Shown: piece by piece, positions 17,955-28,149 of the stretch
Layout: each line of letters starts with the position of its first letter
Numbering within the stretch: position 1 is the first letter of the stretch
DNA from: Planctomycetota bacterium
GTDB taxonomy: Bacteria; Planctomycetota; UBA8108; SXIK01
Direction: 5' to 3'
DNA length: 64,000 nt
NCBI GenBank assembly: GCA_965223845.1
Contig: CBDCXR010000004.1
Location: 4,352,001-4,416,000 of the forward strand
The notes under the pieces: generated by a model
Seen by the model: the letters and a program-made list of their open reading frames with translations, nothing else
Databases searched by the model: none
Told to the model about the DNA's origin: nothing
Translations under genes and position numbers: made by a program

Positions 17955-19418
17955 TTAAGCGAAGATGTCGTCGACCACCCGGCCGTGAACGTCCGTGAGT
18001 CGAAAATTCCGCCCCGCGTAGCGATAGGTCAACTTCTCGTGATCGAGGCCGAGAAGGTGAAGGATTGTCGCGTGGAGATCGTGGAAGTGGATCTTGTTCT
18101 CGACGGCGTAGTAGCCGTAGTCATCCGTCTTCCCGTAGCGGAGCCCACCCTTTACGCCGCCTCCGGCGAGGAACATCGAGTTCGCGTGCGGGTTGTGGTC
18201 GCGTCCGTCTTTGTTCCCTTGCTCGGTCGGAGTGCGACCGAACTCGCCCCCCCACCAGACGAGCGTATCCTCGAGAAGTCCGCGTGACTTCAGGTCGCGA
18301 ATGAGTCCGGCGATCGGCTTGTCGACTTCGGCGGCATTCGACGCGTGGTCTTTCCGAAGTCCGCCGTGCTGATCCCACTTGTAGCTGTGCGTGACCTGAA
18401 CGAAGCGGACTCCCGACTCGATGTACCGCCGCGCCATGAGGCACTGGAGACCGAAGTTGCGCGTCTTCGGCTGGTCGATCCCGTAGAGCTTCTTCGTCGC
18501 GTCGCTCTCGCGTCCGAGGTCCTGGAGAACGGGCACTTCGCGCTGCATGCGGAACGCCAGCTCGAACGACGCGATGCGCGACTCGAGCGCGTCGTCGGGA
18601 CCACTCCGCGCGAGGTGATTTCGGTTCAGCTCCGCGAGATAGTCCAGCTCCATCCGCTGCGCGTGCGGCGCGATGTCGGAGTTCGCAATGAACGGAATCT
18701 TCGCCTTCTCGGCCGGAATGCGCGAGCTACCGACGGGTGTTCCCTGATAGTGCGCAGGAAGGAAAGACGACGACCACGCGTTCACGCCTCCGTGCCCGAG
18801 CGTCGGACAAATCGTGACGAACCCGGGAAGATCCTGACTCTCCGATCCGAGACCGTACGTGATCCACGAGCCGATCGACGGGCGCACGAACGTGTCGGAG
18901 CCGGTGTGGAGCTCGAGTAGAGCTCCGCCGTGACGCGAATTCGAGCCGTGGACGGAGTTGAGGAGGCAGAGGTCGTCGGCGACTCCACCGACGTACGGGA
19001 AGAGATCGGAGATCGGGAGTCCGCTCTCGCCGTAGCGACGAAACTCCCACGGCGACGCGAGAAGGTTGCCGGTCTTTCCCGACTGGATGCGCGGCTTCGT
19101 TCCCGGGAACGGTTTGCCGCCGTCGCGCTGGAGAAGCGGCTTGTAGTCGAAGGTATCGACCTGCGACGGACCGCCGTGCATGAACATGAAGATGACATTC
19201 TTCGCACGCGGACGAACGAAGCCTTCACGAGGCTCGAGAGGTCCATGCGTGCGCTCGCGCAGCTTCGCTCCGCCCGGCAATCCCGCGACCGCAGCGTCCG
19301 CCCCGAGGAGTCCGGCGAGGGCGATTCCACCGAAGCCGACACCCGACCGAGCGAGCATTTCGCGCCGCGAGCAGGGCTGCGGCTCGAAATCGAAGCAGGC
19401 GGAACGGCGAGTCGTCAT
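17955..19418 (-). CDS. DUF1501 family protein (Tat-type leader)
   Basis: SRREML leader, FMHGGPSQVDTFDYKP, WDQH, GEFGRTP, GRDHNP, RLTDVHG; GGAGG RBS. Confidence 0.92.
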   Translation of the reverse strand: MTTRRSACFDFEPQPCSRREMLARSGVGFGGIALAGLLGADAAVAGLPGGAKLRERTHGPLEPREGFVRPRAKNVIFMFMHGGPSQVDTFDYKPLLQRDGGKPFPGTKPRIQSGKTGNLLASPWEFRRYGESGLPISDLFPYVGGVADDLCLLNSVHGSNSRHGGALLELHTGSDTFVRPSIGSWITYGLGSESQDLPGFVTICPTLGHGGVNAWSSSFLPAHYQGTPVGSSRIPAEKAKIPFIANSDIAPHAQRMELDYLAELNRNHLARSGPDDALESRIASFELAFRMQREVPVLQDLGRESDATKKLYGIDQPKTRNFGLQCLMARRYIESGVRFVQVTHSYKWDQHGGLRKDHASNAAEVDKPIAGLIRDLKSRGLLEDTLVWWGGEFGRTPTEQGNKDGRDHNPHANSMFLAGGGVKGGLRYGKTDDYGYYAVENKIHFHDLHATILHLLGLDHEKLTYRYAGRNFRLTDVHGRVVDDIFA

Positions 19419-19504
19419 GACGGGCGTTTCCTCCGTTTCGTCAGCGCACGGCGCGGCGAGAGTCGATCGATCCGGCGACGTCCGGATCTCCGCCGCAGAA
19501 CGGA

Positions 19505-22500
19505 TCAATCAAGGTACACGAACTCGCTCGCGGCGACCAGCACGCGGCAGAGCCCCTGCCACGCGCGACGACGGATCCCATCCGCGTCGCGGGCGTCGCC
19601 GGTGCCCTTTAGCGCGCTCGCGTAGTCGCGAACGAAGGCGAGACCGCGATCGACTTCGTCTGCGCGCGCCGGCCGCCCGTAGAGCGTCCAGTAGAGCGCG
19701 CGAACGCGCGCGCCGTCGTCGAGTTCTCGACGGGCGAGAAGCGACTTCGCCGCGGAGAGCGTCTGCTCAAGGACGATCTTCCCGTTCATCATGAAGAGCG
19801 CTTGCGGCGCCACCGTCGTCGAAGCACGCTCCCCGGCGGGAACGCTCGGGTCGGCGAAATCGAAGGTCTGAAATACCTGATAGACCGCACTGCGAAGAAT
19901 CGGAAGGTAGACGGATCGCCGCGAGAAGTCGTACGTCCCTTCCTTCGAACCGGTGCCGGTGACGTAGGCGCGGTTCTTGTCGGGCATGAGCTGACCGCCG
20001 ATCGCGACGTCGAGCTCACCCCCGAACGCGAGGAGCGAGTCGCGGATTTCCTCAGCGGACAGACGGCGCCGATCGAAACGCCAGCGGAGCCGATTCTCCG
20101 GATCGATCTCGTTCGCGCGCGGGTCGAACTGCGTTCCCATCCGGTAGGTCGACGACGTGAGAATCTCGCGGTGGAGATCCTTGATCGACCACCCGAGCTC
20201 GACGAATCGATTCGCGAGCCAATCGAGAAGCGCCGGGTGCGTCGGACGCTCGCCGAGCCGGCCGAAGTTGTCCGGACTGCGGACGATTCCCTCGCCGAAG
20301 TGCCAGAGCCAAACGCGGTTCACCATCACGCGAGCGGTGAGTGGATGCTCCGGCGACGCGAGCCACTCGGCGAGCTCGAGCCGGCCGCTTCGGTCGCTCG
20401 CGATCGCCGCGGGCAAGCCCGTCGAGAAAACTTCGGGAAACCCGCGCGGCGCGTCCTCCCCAAGCGTGAGGTAGTTGCCTCGGATGTGCACTCGAAGATC
20501 TTCGACCTTGCCGTCGCGAACACCCATCGCGCGGGGGAAGACCGGCTTCGCCTTCTCGAGCTCGTTCTTGTCTTCATCGAATCGAGTCAGCGCCTCACGT
20601 TCCGAAGCGGGGAACAACGCGCGCGGATCCTTTCCGAGCCGAAACGGTCCAGCCTTCACGTCGCTCGCTGCCTTTCGAAGCGCCTCGACGACCGGAGCCA
20701 GCGACGGCGAGCCGCCGCCGCGGAGCGCTTCGGCGAGCTCGGTCAGCTTCGCGTCCCGGTCGGACGGCGAAAGTCCGGCCCACGACCGCCACGGTTCGAC
20801 TTCGCGGAGTGCGCGGACGTGAGCGATCCAGGCGGTCACGAACGCGGGTACGAGAGGCGCGGCCTCGGTTTCACCATCGTCCTTCGCGCGCGGCGACTCG
20901 GCAACGCGGACCAGCAGCACCTTGTCGATGTGCGGAACGGGACCGGCGGTGCGTTCGAGACGAAGAATCGTTCGCTCACGCGCAAGCTCGAAGACGCCTT
21001 CGAGATGCCATCGCTGGTGCTTCGGGTACCACCCGCCCGTGACGCCCTTCGCGCCGTCTTCGAGAACGGTCTTGCCGTCGATCGATATCGCGACCGGACG
21101 GGAGTCGGCGGCAGCGTACCGAAGCTCGAGCTGGTAGCGGCCCGGAGGGAGATCGAGGTCGTACTCGACGAAGCCCACATGGAGAAGAACGCCGACCTTC
21201 GATCCCCAGTTCGTGCGATCGACGGAGAGACTTCCACGCTGAAATGCTTCGGCTTCGAAGAGCGCGCCGCGCCCGCGGAGTGGGCCCGAGGCGAAATCGG
21301 CGGGAGAGATCGTACTGCCGATCGATGCCGAGCCGTCCGCCGGTGCGGGGCCCGTCCGGAGCGCAGTCTGCGCCGCCGCGAACACGTACTCCGCGAGCCG
21401 CGAGCGCGCACCATGGAGAAGCTTCGCCTTCGCGGCGCTCTCTCGCGCCTCGACGTTCCTTCTGATCTCCGAGACGCGCTTTTCGATCGCGGCGAGCTTC
21501 TCGCGGTCGGCGCGGGTCGCGAGCTCGTGCTCGTGCCATTCCGCTACGACCTTGAAGTTCTCCATCGTCTTCGTCGATTTGAAGATTCCCGCAAGGGCGT
21601 AGTAGTCGCGCGAAGAGATCGGATCGAATTTGTGATCGTGGCAGCGCGCACAACCCATCGTGATCCCCATGAACGCACGCGAGAGCGTGTCGACTTGCTC
21701 GTCGACGATATCGAGCTCCATCTTCCGGCCGTCGTCGCACGCGAGCATCTTCGGGCCGATCGAAAGAAACCCCGTGGCGACGCGACGTCGAAACGCGACC
21801 CGCTCGACCTCGTCGTCCGCCGCCTCGATCGGAGGGATCAAATCTCCGGCAATCTGCTCGCGCACGAACTCGTCGTACGGAAGATCCTCGTTGAACGCGG
21901 CGATCACGTAGTCGCGGTAACGAAACGCATTCGCGTAGGCGAGGTTCTCATCGACTCCGTTCGAGTCCGCGTAGCGAGCGACGTCGAGCCAGTGTCTCCC
22001 CCACCGCTCGCCGTAACGAGGCGACGCGAGAAGACGATCGATCGCACGCTCGTACGCTCCCGGATCGTCGTCCGCGAGATAGGCGTCGATCTCCGCGCGC
22101 GTCGGCGGAAGACCGGTGAGATCGAATGTAACGCGACGAAGGAGCGTGAGTGGATCGGCTTCGGGTGCGGGTGCGAGACCGGCCTCCTCGAGGCGCGCGA
22201 TCACGAAGCGATCGATGGGAGAGCGGCACCAAGTCTCCGCGCGGACCGCAGGCGGATCGCTCGCGCGGTGGGCCCGGAACGCCCAGAACTGGCGCGCACT
22301 CTCGAGGTCGAGCGCTTCGGCGGTATCGCGCGGAGCGGCTCCCGCCGGACCGGAACGCGGATCGGGGACGCCGAGCTCGATCCACCGCACAAAATCCGCG
22401 ACGACCGCCGAGGGAAGCTTCCCCGCTGGCGGCATCTGAAACTCCGCGTCGTCGTAGCGGAGTGCGGTGATCAACCGGCTCGCCGCGGGGTCACCGGGTA

Positions 22501-22795
22501 CGACGACCGGACCGCCGTCGCCGCCGGCGAGCAGACCGGCCTTCGAGTCGAGATAGAGTCCGCCGTGCAGTCGTTTTGCGTTCGCGGAGTGGCAGCCGTA
22601 GCACTTCTCGACGAGGACGGGCCGAATCTTCGTCTCAAAGAACTCCCGCGCGCTCGCGGACAGACGATGCTCCGGCTTGCTGGCCGTGAGCTCGAGCGGA
22701 GACGCCGCAGAGATCGTCCAAACGCCAGCCACGAAGAGACACGCGATCGGTGCGTGTCTTCGGACCTTCGACGGAGAAGGAGACGAGAAAACCAA
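19505..22795 (-). CDS. Planctomycete cytochrome c / DUF1549 / DUF1553 (PSD1) protein with a CBM-like insert
   Basis: FFETKIRPVLVEKCYGCH, YGERWGRHWLDVARYADS, CARCHDHKFDPI, PLTARVMVNRVW; insert FEAE...YQLELRYAA. Confidence 0.92.
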   Translation of the reverse strand: MVFSSPSPSKVRRHAPIACLFVAGVWTISAASPLELTASKPEHRLSASAREFFETKIRPVLVEKCYGCHSANAKRLHGGLYLDSKAGLLAGGDGGPVVVPGDPAASRLITALRYDDAEFQMPPAGKLPSAVVADFVRWIELGVPDPRSGPAGAAPRDTAEALDLESARQFWAFRAHRASDPPAVRAETWCRSPIDRFVIARLEEAGLAPAPEADPLTLLRRVTFDLTGLPPTRAEIDAYLADDDPGAYERAIDRLLASPRYGERWGRHWLDVARYADSNGVDENLAYANAFRYRDYVIAAFNEDLPYDEFVREQIAGDLIPPIEAADDEVERVAFRRRVATGFLSIGPKMLACDDGRKMELDIVDEQVDTLSRAFMGITMGCARCHDHKFDPISSRDYYALAGIFKSTKTMENFKVVAEWHEHELATRADREKLAAIEKRVSEIRRNVEARESAAKAKLLHGARSRLAEYVFAAAQTALRTGPAPADGSASIGSTISPADFASGPLRGRGALFEAEAFQRGSLSVDRTNWGSKVGVLLHVGFVEYDLDLPPGRYQLELRYAAADSRPVAISIDGKTVLEDGAKGVTGGWYPKHQRWHLEGVFELARERTILRLERTAGPVPHIDKVLLVRVAESPRAKDDGETEAAPLVPAFVTAWIAHVRALREVEPWRSWAGLSPSDRDAKLTELAEALRGGGSPSLAPVVEALRKAASDVKAGPFRLGKDPRALFPASEREALTRFDEDKNELEKAKPVFPRAMGVRDGKVEDLRVHIRGNYLTLGEDAPRGFPEVFSTGLPAAIASDRSGRLELAEWLASPEHPLTARVMVNRVWLWHFGEGIVRSPDNFGRLGERPTHPALLDWLANRFVELGWSIKDLHREILTSSTYRMGTQFDPRANEIDPENRLRWRFDRRRLSAEEIRDSLLAFGGELDVAIGGQLMPDKNRAYVTGTGSKEGTYDFSRRSVYLPILRSAVYQVFQTFDFADPSVPAGERASTTVAPQALFMMNGKIVLEQTLSAAKSLLARRELDDGARVRALYWTLYGRPARADEVDRGLAFVRDYASALKGTGDARDADGIRRRAWQGLCRVLVAASEFVYLD

Positions 22796-23005
22796 GACCG
22801 GACCTCTTTGCGCGCCGTTCGCCGTATCTCGCTGCCTCCAGCATTAGACTGCGGTGCGTGCATCGCAACAACCGGGAATCCAGCGACCAGCGGGACGGGC
22901 GATCAACCTCGCCGACGCGCGCCGCGGCGGAGGAGTTCGTCTTTTGACCGCGCCGACGACGCACGACCTCGACCGGTTAGAGTGTCGACGCTCGAGTCAG
23001 CTCGA

Positions 23006-24103
23006 TCACGATCCTGGCGGCGGCAGGTCGTACGGAGCGATACCGTCTGAAAGCCGAAACGCCACCGCGAACGGAAACTCGCCCTTGGGCGCATTGCGCG
23101 TATAGCGTCCCTCGCCCCAGTAGTCACCCTTGACGACGACGTCGAAGCGAGCGAGGCGACCGTTCTCGACGAGGACGAATCCGAGAATCTCTGCCTTGTA
23201 GCCTCGATCGCCGGCAGCGCTCTCGAAGTGGACCTTGCCGGTGAGGCGTCCCTCGTCCAGCGTGATCTCGAACGACTTCACCTCGCTCTTTCGCCAGCGG
23301 CCCGGTTCGCCACGAGTGTTGTCGTTCAGCAGCGGAGAGATCCGCTGCTTCAACTCGTCGGGCATCCGCCCGCCCGCGAGTGCCGCGATCTCTTCCTTCG
23401 CGATCCAGAGATGATCGCGCGCGAGCGACTGCTGATGGATCCGTCGAAATCGATCGTCCGGCGGTTCGTATCCGCCCAGCACACGCGACGTCACGAGAAC
23501 GGCCTGGCTGCCTTTCGGTAGGGACCACAGCGGCCCGGCGCTCTCGTGGCCCTCCAAGATCTTCGGCAGACCATCCTTCGGTTCGTGCGCGTCGAGCGCG
23601 CGTTTGAGCAGCTTCCATGCCGCGTCCCCCCTCACGGTATTCGAGTAGGAGAGCAGTTCGGCGGATGGAGTAAAGAAGTAGAGTCCCTGGTTGTAACCGC
23701 TCACCTTTTCGCCGGTCTGGCGGACGAGCTTTTCGAAGAGGACGTACTCCACGTCCTTGCGTCGCCGATGGTGATGCTGGTTCACCGCGACGCTGACGAA
23801 CTTGCTCTTGATCTCTCGCACGAACTCGGCGTCGCCAAAGACCGTCACGCGGTCTGTGATGCCGTTGTTTCACACGCACCCGAGCGGGTGACCGGAGCGC
23901 ACGACCATGAAGACGGGCTTCTTCTCCCGCGAAGCTTGAACGCAAGCCTCCGCGAGCGAGGTCTTCCACGCGATGCTGGACCAGCCCTCTTCCTTGGGGG
24001 GACGCAGCTTCTCGTGGATTCTCGCGAATTCCTCATCGTCGAGCTTGGTCGACGGTTCGAGCGCGGTCTGTCCGAGCAGAATCAGAACGGCGAGCGTGGT
24101 CAT
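23006..24103 (-). CDS. Candidate selenoprotein: thioredoxin-like fold with CxU motif (365 aa; Sec78 encoded by TGA at 23870-23872)
   Basis: ORFs 23870-24172 and 23006-23848 share a frame, separated by one TGA plus 7 sense codons: KPVFMVVRSGHPLGCV-U-NNGITDRVTVFGD. A hairpin follows the TGA. ATG at 24103 with GGGAGA RBS. Confidence 0.75.
23828..23863 (-). promoter_or_regulatory. Putative bacterial SECIS element
   Basis: On the minus strand, stem AGACCG / CGGTCT with loop CGTGA; apical GUG starts after a 21-nt spacer from the UGA; imperfect outer GGC/GCC stem. Confidence 0.6.
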
Positions 24104-24340
24104 GGCGGTTTCTCTCCCGTGTCGAGTTCGACGGCTCAGATTCGTCGTTTTCGAGGTCCATTCGTCCCGCAACGTACCCCGTTTCCGCTGGGTGGGTTAT
24201 TCTCGTTCAGTCACAGAAGAAAGTCACGAGGTGCGATCGACCGCCGCCCGTTGCGCCGGACACTCTAGCCGTCAGCGCCCGCCCATCGGGGAGAACGATC
24301 GTCACCCGCTGAGAACACGCCCCCGCCGGAATCCTCAACC

Positions 24341-25690
24341 ATGCGATCGCTTCGTCTCTTTGTCGCTGCAATCCTATCGTTAGTCGATCCCATCTCGACC
24401 ACGGTCATCGGGGCGCCGCAGGAGCCAGTTGTTCTGAATGACAACGGAGGCTGGTGCTGGTTTCAGGATGAACGCGTCATCGTCGTCGGCGATCTTCTCG
24501 TTACCGGATCCGTCGCCACGAAACGCGGAACCGGTGGCGACCGGCGCGCGGGGAACATCGAGGTGGCCGCCTACGACCTGAAGACGAACGCGCCGCACGG
24601 TGTCGCAGTTCTGAACGAACGACTCGAAAGCGACGACCACAACGTCCCGGCGTTTCTCGTTCGGCCGGACGGACGACTCCTCGCCGTCTACGCGCGGCAC
24701 GGAACGGATCACCTGGTCCGATTCCGCATCTCGACCCGACCGGGAGATCCGCTCGAGTGGGAGCCGGAGCGTCAGCTCGATCGAAAGACGAGCGTCACGT
24801 ACTCGAACCTCTTTCGACTCGCCGCGGAAAACCATGGGAAGGGTCGGATCTACAACTTCTACCGGGGCGAAGGATGGAACCCGAACTTCGTCATTTCCGA
24901 CGATGACGGGAAGACGTGGACCTACGGCGGGCGACTGGTGAAGTTCAGCGGACGCCCGTACCTGAAGTACGCGTCCAATGGTCGCGACGAGGTCCACTTC
25001 GTCACGACCGAGCACCATCCCCGAAACTACGACAACAGCATCTACCACGGCTTCGTGCGGCGAGGCGTCGTGCACGCCTCGGACGGAACGCCGATCAAGA
25101 ATCTCTCGGAGGGTCCGATCGTTCCCTCGGACGCGACCCGTGTCTTCGCTGGGGACAGAGACCGGGTCGCCTGGCCCATCGATCTCCATCTCGACGCCGA
25201 GGGCCGGCCGCGCATCGGGTATTCCGTGCAGATGAACGAGGATCCACGTGATCTTCGCTACCGCTTCGCGCGATGGGATGGTTCTCGCTGGAACGATCAC
25301 GCCATGGGCCGCGCCGGATCGGCGCTCTACCTTAGGGAGTCCGACTACAGCGGCCTGATCGCGCTCCATCCGGACGACCCGGCGACCGTGTTCATCGCCG
25401 CCGACGTGCACCCCGTCACGGGCGATCCGCTCGTGAGCAAGGCCGACGGTCGACGGCACTACGAGATCTTTCGCGGCCGAAGTCCGGACCGTGGCGCTTC
25501 TTGGAGATGGTCTCCGATCACCAAGGATTCGACCGCGGACAACATTCGCCCGATCGTGCCGCGCTGGAAGCCGGAGCGAACGATCCTCCTCTGGCTCCGC
25601 GGAGAGTATTTGACGTACACGGACTACGATCTCGACGTCGTCGTTCTCGTCGATCCCAAACCACTCGCGATCGAGGGCGGCGAACGCTGA
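24341..25690 (+). CDS. BNR-repeat (BNR_4-like) beta-propeller protein, secreted
   Basis: GGWCWFQD, DDHNVPA, Asp-box SDDDGKTW, RPYLKY; signal peptide. Confidence 0.8.
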   Translation: MRSLRLFVAAILSLVDPISTTVIGAPQEPVVLNDNGGWCWFQDERVIVVGDLLVTGSVATKRGTGGDRRAGNIEVAAYDLKTNAPHGVAVLNERLESDDHNVPAFLVRPDGRLLAVYARHGTDHLVRFRISTRPGDPLEWEPERQLDRKTSVTYSNLFRLAAENHGKGRIYNFYRGEGWNPNFVISDDDGKTWTYGGRLVKFSGRPYLKYASNGRDEVHFVTTEHHPRNYDNSIYHGFVRRGVVHASDGTPIKNLSEGPIVPSDATRVFAGDRDRVAWPIDLHLDAEGRPRIGYSVQMNEDPRDLRYRFARWDGSRWNDHAMGRAGSALYLRESDYSGLIALHPDDPATVFIAADVHPVTGDPLVSKADGRRHYEIFRGRSPDRGASWRWSPITKDSTADNIRPIVPRWKPERTILLWLRGEYLTYTDYDLDVVVLVDPKPLAIEGGER

Positions 25691-25697
25691 GGTTCAA

Positions 25698-26060
25698 TTA
25701 CACTTCACGCTCTTCGGCGAGGAACGCGGTCGAGCGCGAGTGATCGATGAACTTCGACTCGTCCTCGTGGAGGATCGCGCCGAGCTTCTGCCCTTCCGGA
25801 GAGCTCATGGCATCGATGAACGCCTGCTCCGACTCGAACCAGACTTCCGCGACCCCGTCGAACTCCTGCACCATTCCCCGTGATTCGCGGAGCATCTCGT
25901 TCGCAGGAGAATCGATCGTGTGGTCTTGCACGTATCGCTTGGCCCGATGAGTTTCCGCAAACGAGTGGAAAAGCGGCGCGTGCCGATTCAGCCAGTAATC
26001 CTGAAACTCTTCTCGAGACAGGTCCGGGTGGCGGTGGAGGCACATGACGAACTTGATCAC
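25698..26060 (-). CDS. EthD domain protein
   Basis: LSREEFQDYWLNRHAPL, FDGVAEVWFES, DESKFID motifs. Confidence 0.88.
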   Translation of the reverse strand: MIKFVMCLHRHPDLSREEFQDYWLNRHAPLFHSFAETHRAKRYVQDHTIDSPANEMLRESRGMVQEFDGVAEVWFESEQAFIDAMSSPEGQKLGAILHEDESKFIDHSRSTAFLAEEREV

Positions 26061-26286
26061 GATCGCGAGCTCCTTGATTCTGCATCGGTTGTTCCTCCCG
26101 CTCGACCGCCGGACCCAGGTCGGTGACGACTTCGGTTCGTGGGCTGCCGAGCGAGAACGGATGCTCGTCGAGACGGCTCGCCGATCCTACCCGCTCGAGA
26201 GAGCGCGATCGAGTCGCGCTCGTCCCGTAGAGCTCGTACCAGGAACCTCCCGCGCGTGGTTCGCCGGTTTCGAAACGAGCGTCACT

Positions 26287-26664
26287 TCAAGCCGCCGAGC
26301 GTGAGGCGAGGAACCAAAGAACGAAAAAGACCGTGAGCGTTCCGACGTGAAACCAGACCATCCCGCGGATCTGCGATCTCTCAGCGTCGGTAACCGCGAA
26401 GGCGCCGGGGAAGCCGAGATAGATCAGCAGTTGTGATCCGAGCATCACGAGAAGGCAGATCCGCCCCCAAGACGAGTTGCGCCAGAGGCCCACGATGGTG
26501 ACAACGTTCATGACGAGATAGAAAATGTCGGCGATCAGGAAATGGCGCGGCATTTCCGCGAGCGTATACCTGCCGAACCCAAGCAAGTTGCCCAGGTGTA
26601 CGGATGCGCCGAACGCGTAGACCAAGCAAAGCGCCCGTTGAAACCACACGAACACTACGTCCAT
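26287..26664 (-). CDS. Small membrane protein (DUF6163-like)
   Basis: 125 aa with about 4 hydrophobic helices; VGLW..SSWG motif. Confidence 0.6.
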   Translation of the reverse strand: MDVVFVWFQRALCLVYAFGASVHLGNLLGFGRYTLAEMPRHFLIADIFYLVMNVVTIVGLWRNSSWGRICLLVMLGSQLLIYLGFPGAFAVTDAERSQIRGMVWFHVGTLTVFFVLWFLASRSAA

Positions 26665-26743
26665 GAGCCCTTCTCTCGAGTCTTTCTCGATTCGTCGCTA
26701 CCTGTGAGCGGCGGTAGCCGCGACGAGCGTGCGGAGGAATCCC

Positions 26744-28051
26744 GTGAACGAGCGACTCGCATTGTTGTTTTCAGTCCCTTGGCTGATCGTCAGCATGACT
26801 GCCTCAGCCGACGAGCGTCCCTTCCTTACGACCAAGACTCCCGTCACTCTACTCAGTGCGAACGACGGAGAAATCGCACTGACGAGAAGTGCGGGAGGTG
26901 AAATCACTAAGCGGCAGCGCGTCAAGGACTCCGTAACGATCGTACACCTTGGCCCCGACCACCCTCCCGAAGTCTTGACCGTGTACGGAATCGCGCCCAG
27001 TACCGTTTGGGGCGCCCCCTACACGGCGATCATCGGAAACGGCCGGTACGGCTTCGTCACCAACCACGGAGATCGCGACGGCGCGGTTCAGGCACGGCTT
27101 GAAAGTCCCGAGGGTCAACCGGTTTCAAACGACGACTTGAAACAAGAGGACCTCGACCGTCAATTTCTGTCCGCCCGCCTGAGCAACCTAGTCACCGTGC
27201 TTGACTTGGCGTCCCCGGAGCTAAAGGTGGTGAAGCGATTCGCTCTCGATGAGGAGGTGTGGCACGCCGTTTCGCATCCCGACGGGAAGAGAGCCTTGGT
27301 TGGCTGCACCAAGTCCATTCGGGAATTCGGAATCGAGAACGGCCAAGCGAAACTGCTGCGCTCACACCCGACCCCGGTCAACATAGACTCGTTCGCACTG
27401 AGCCCAAAAGGAGATTGGTTGATCACGCACGGCTTTCATCGGAGCCCCGCGGGAAAGATCGTGACGAACGGTATTCACGCTTTCAAATACTCCGGAGACG
27501 AGATTCGTTACGTCGGTGAGATCAGAGTCCAACCGGGTGCGCGAGCGAAAATCGACCAGCCGTTCGCGCCGCGAATCAGCCCCGATGGGAAGCGAGCCTT
27601 GACCCTCAACGGCTGGGGAATACCCGGCAAGGGAACCTTGGATGCGGTGCTGAGCATCGACCTCACACTCGACAAGCCGATGGTTACGGAGGTCGTGCCT
27701 CAGGTAGGAGATGGTCTGGAGAGTCTGACGTTTCACCCAACCGGGGAAATGGCCGTCGTCGCCTGCTTGGACTACGATTCAGTGCTCGGCGTCGGGGGAA
27801 CGGCAAGTTTGGGCGTCCTTGATCTGACGATCAGCCCGGCCCGCCTGCTCTACCATACTCCCGTCGAGAGTCCGCCCCAGGGGATCGAGTTTACACCTGA
27901 AGGCGACAAGCTTTTCGTGGGATTGAGTTCGTCCAACCGCATCATCGCTTTCGATGTTGACGGGTTCGTCCTCAAACGCCTTCCGTTCTTCATCAAGACC
28001 GGGCACGGCCACGCTTCCATGGCCATCGCGCCTCGGTACCCGCGGAAGTAG
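26744..28051 (+). CDS. YncE/lactonase-like beta-propeller protein, secreted
   Basis: Repeated SPDGKR, SPKGDW, HPTGEM, FTPEGDK blade motifs; GGAGG RBS before GTG at 26744. Confidence 0.75.
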   Translation: MNERLALLFSVPWLIVSMTASADERPFLTTKTPVTLLSANDGEIALTRSAGGEITKRQRVKDSVTIVHLGPDHPPEVLTVYGIAPSTVWGAPYTAIIGNGRYGFVTNHGDRDGAVQARLESPEGQPVSNDDLKQEDLDRQFLSARLSNLVTVLDLASPELKVVKRFALDEEVWHAVSHPDGKRALVGCTKSIREFGIENGQAKLLRSHPTPVNIDSFALSPKGDWLITHGFHRSPAGKIVTNGIHAFKYSGDEIRYVGEIRVQPGARAKIDQPFAPRISPDGKRALTLNGWGIPGKGTLDAVLSIDLTLDKPMVTEVVPQVGDGLESLTFHPTGEMAVVACLDYDSVLGVGGTASLGVLDLTISPARLLYHTPVESPPQGIEFTPEGDKLFVGLSSSNRIIAFDVDGFVLKRLPFFIKTGHGHASMAIAPRYPRK

Positions 28052-28149
28052 CTCTCCCGCGGCACAAGAACTCGCGGACTCAGTGCGCGGTCGCGACGTG
28101 GTTCATCTCACGAGGTTAGCCAAACCGAGGGCGCCGCTGACGAGAAGAT

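Noticed and set aside
19802-23050. 1082-aa plus-strand ORF, and similar long ORFs at 11013-12608, 12645-14576, 15976-17784, 36392-39238 and 55949-57793
   Set aside because: Antisense shadows of well-supported genes; Arg-rich, motif-free translations expected in high-GC DNA.
23845-24036. 63-aa ORF overlapping the start of the 280-aa ORF, suggesting a frameshift or coupled gene
   Set aside because: Low-complexity alternate frame; in-frame TGA read-through explains the locus more simply.
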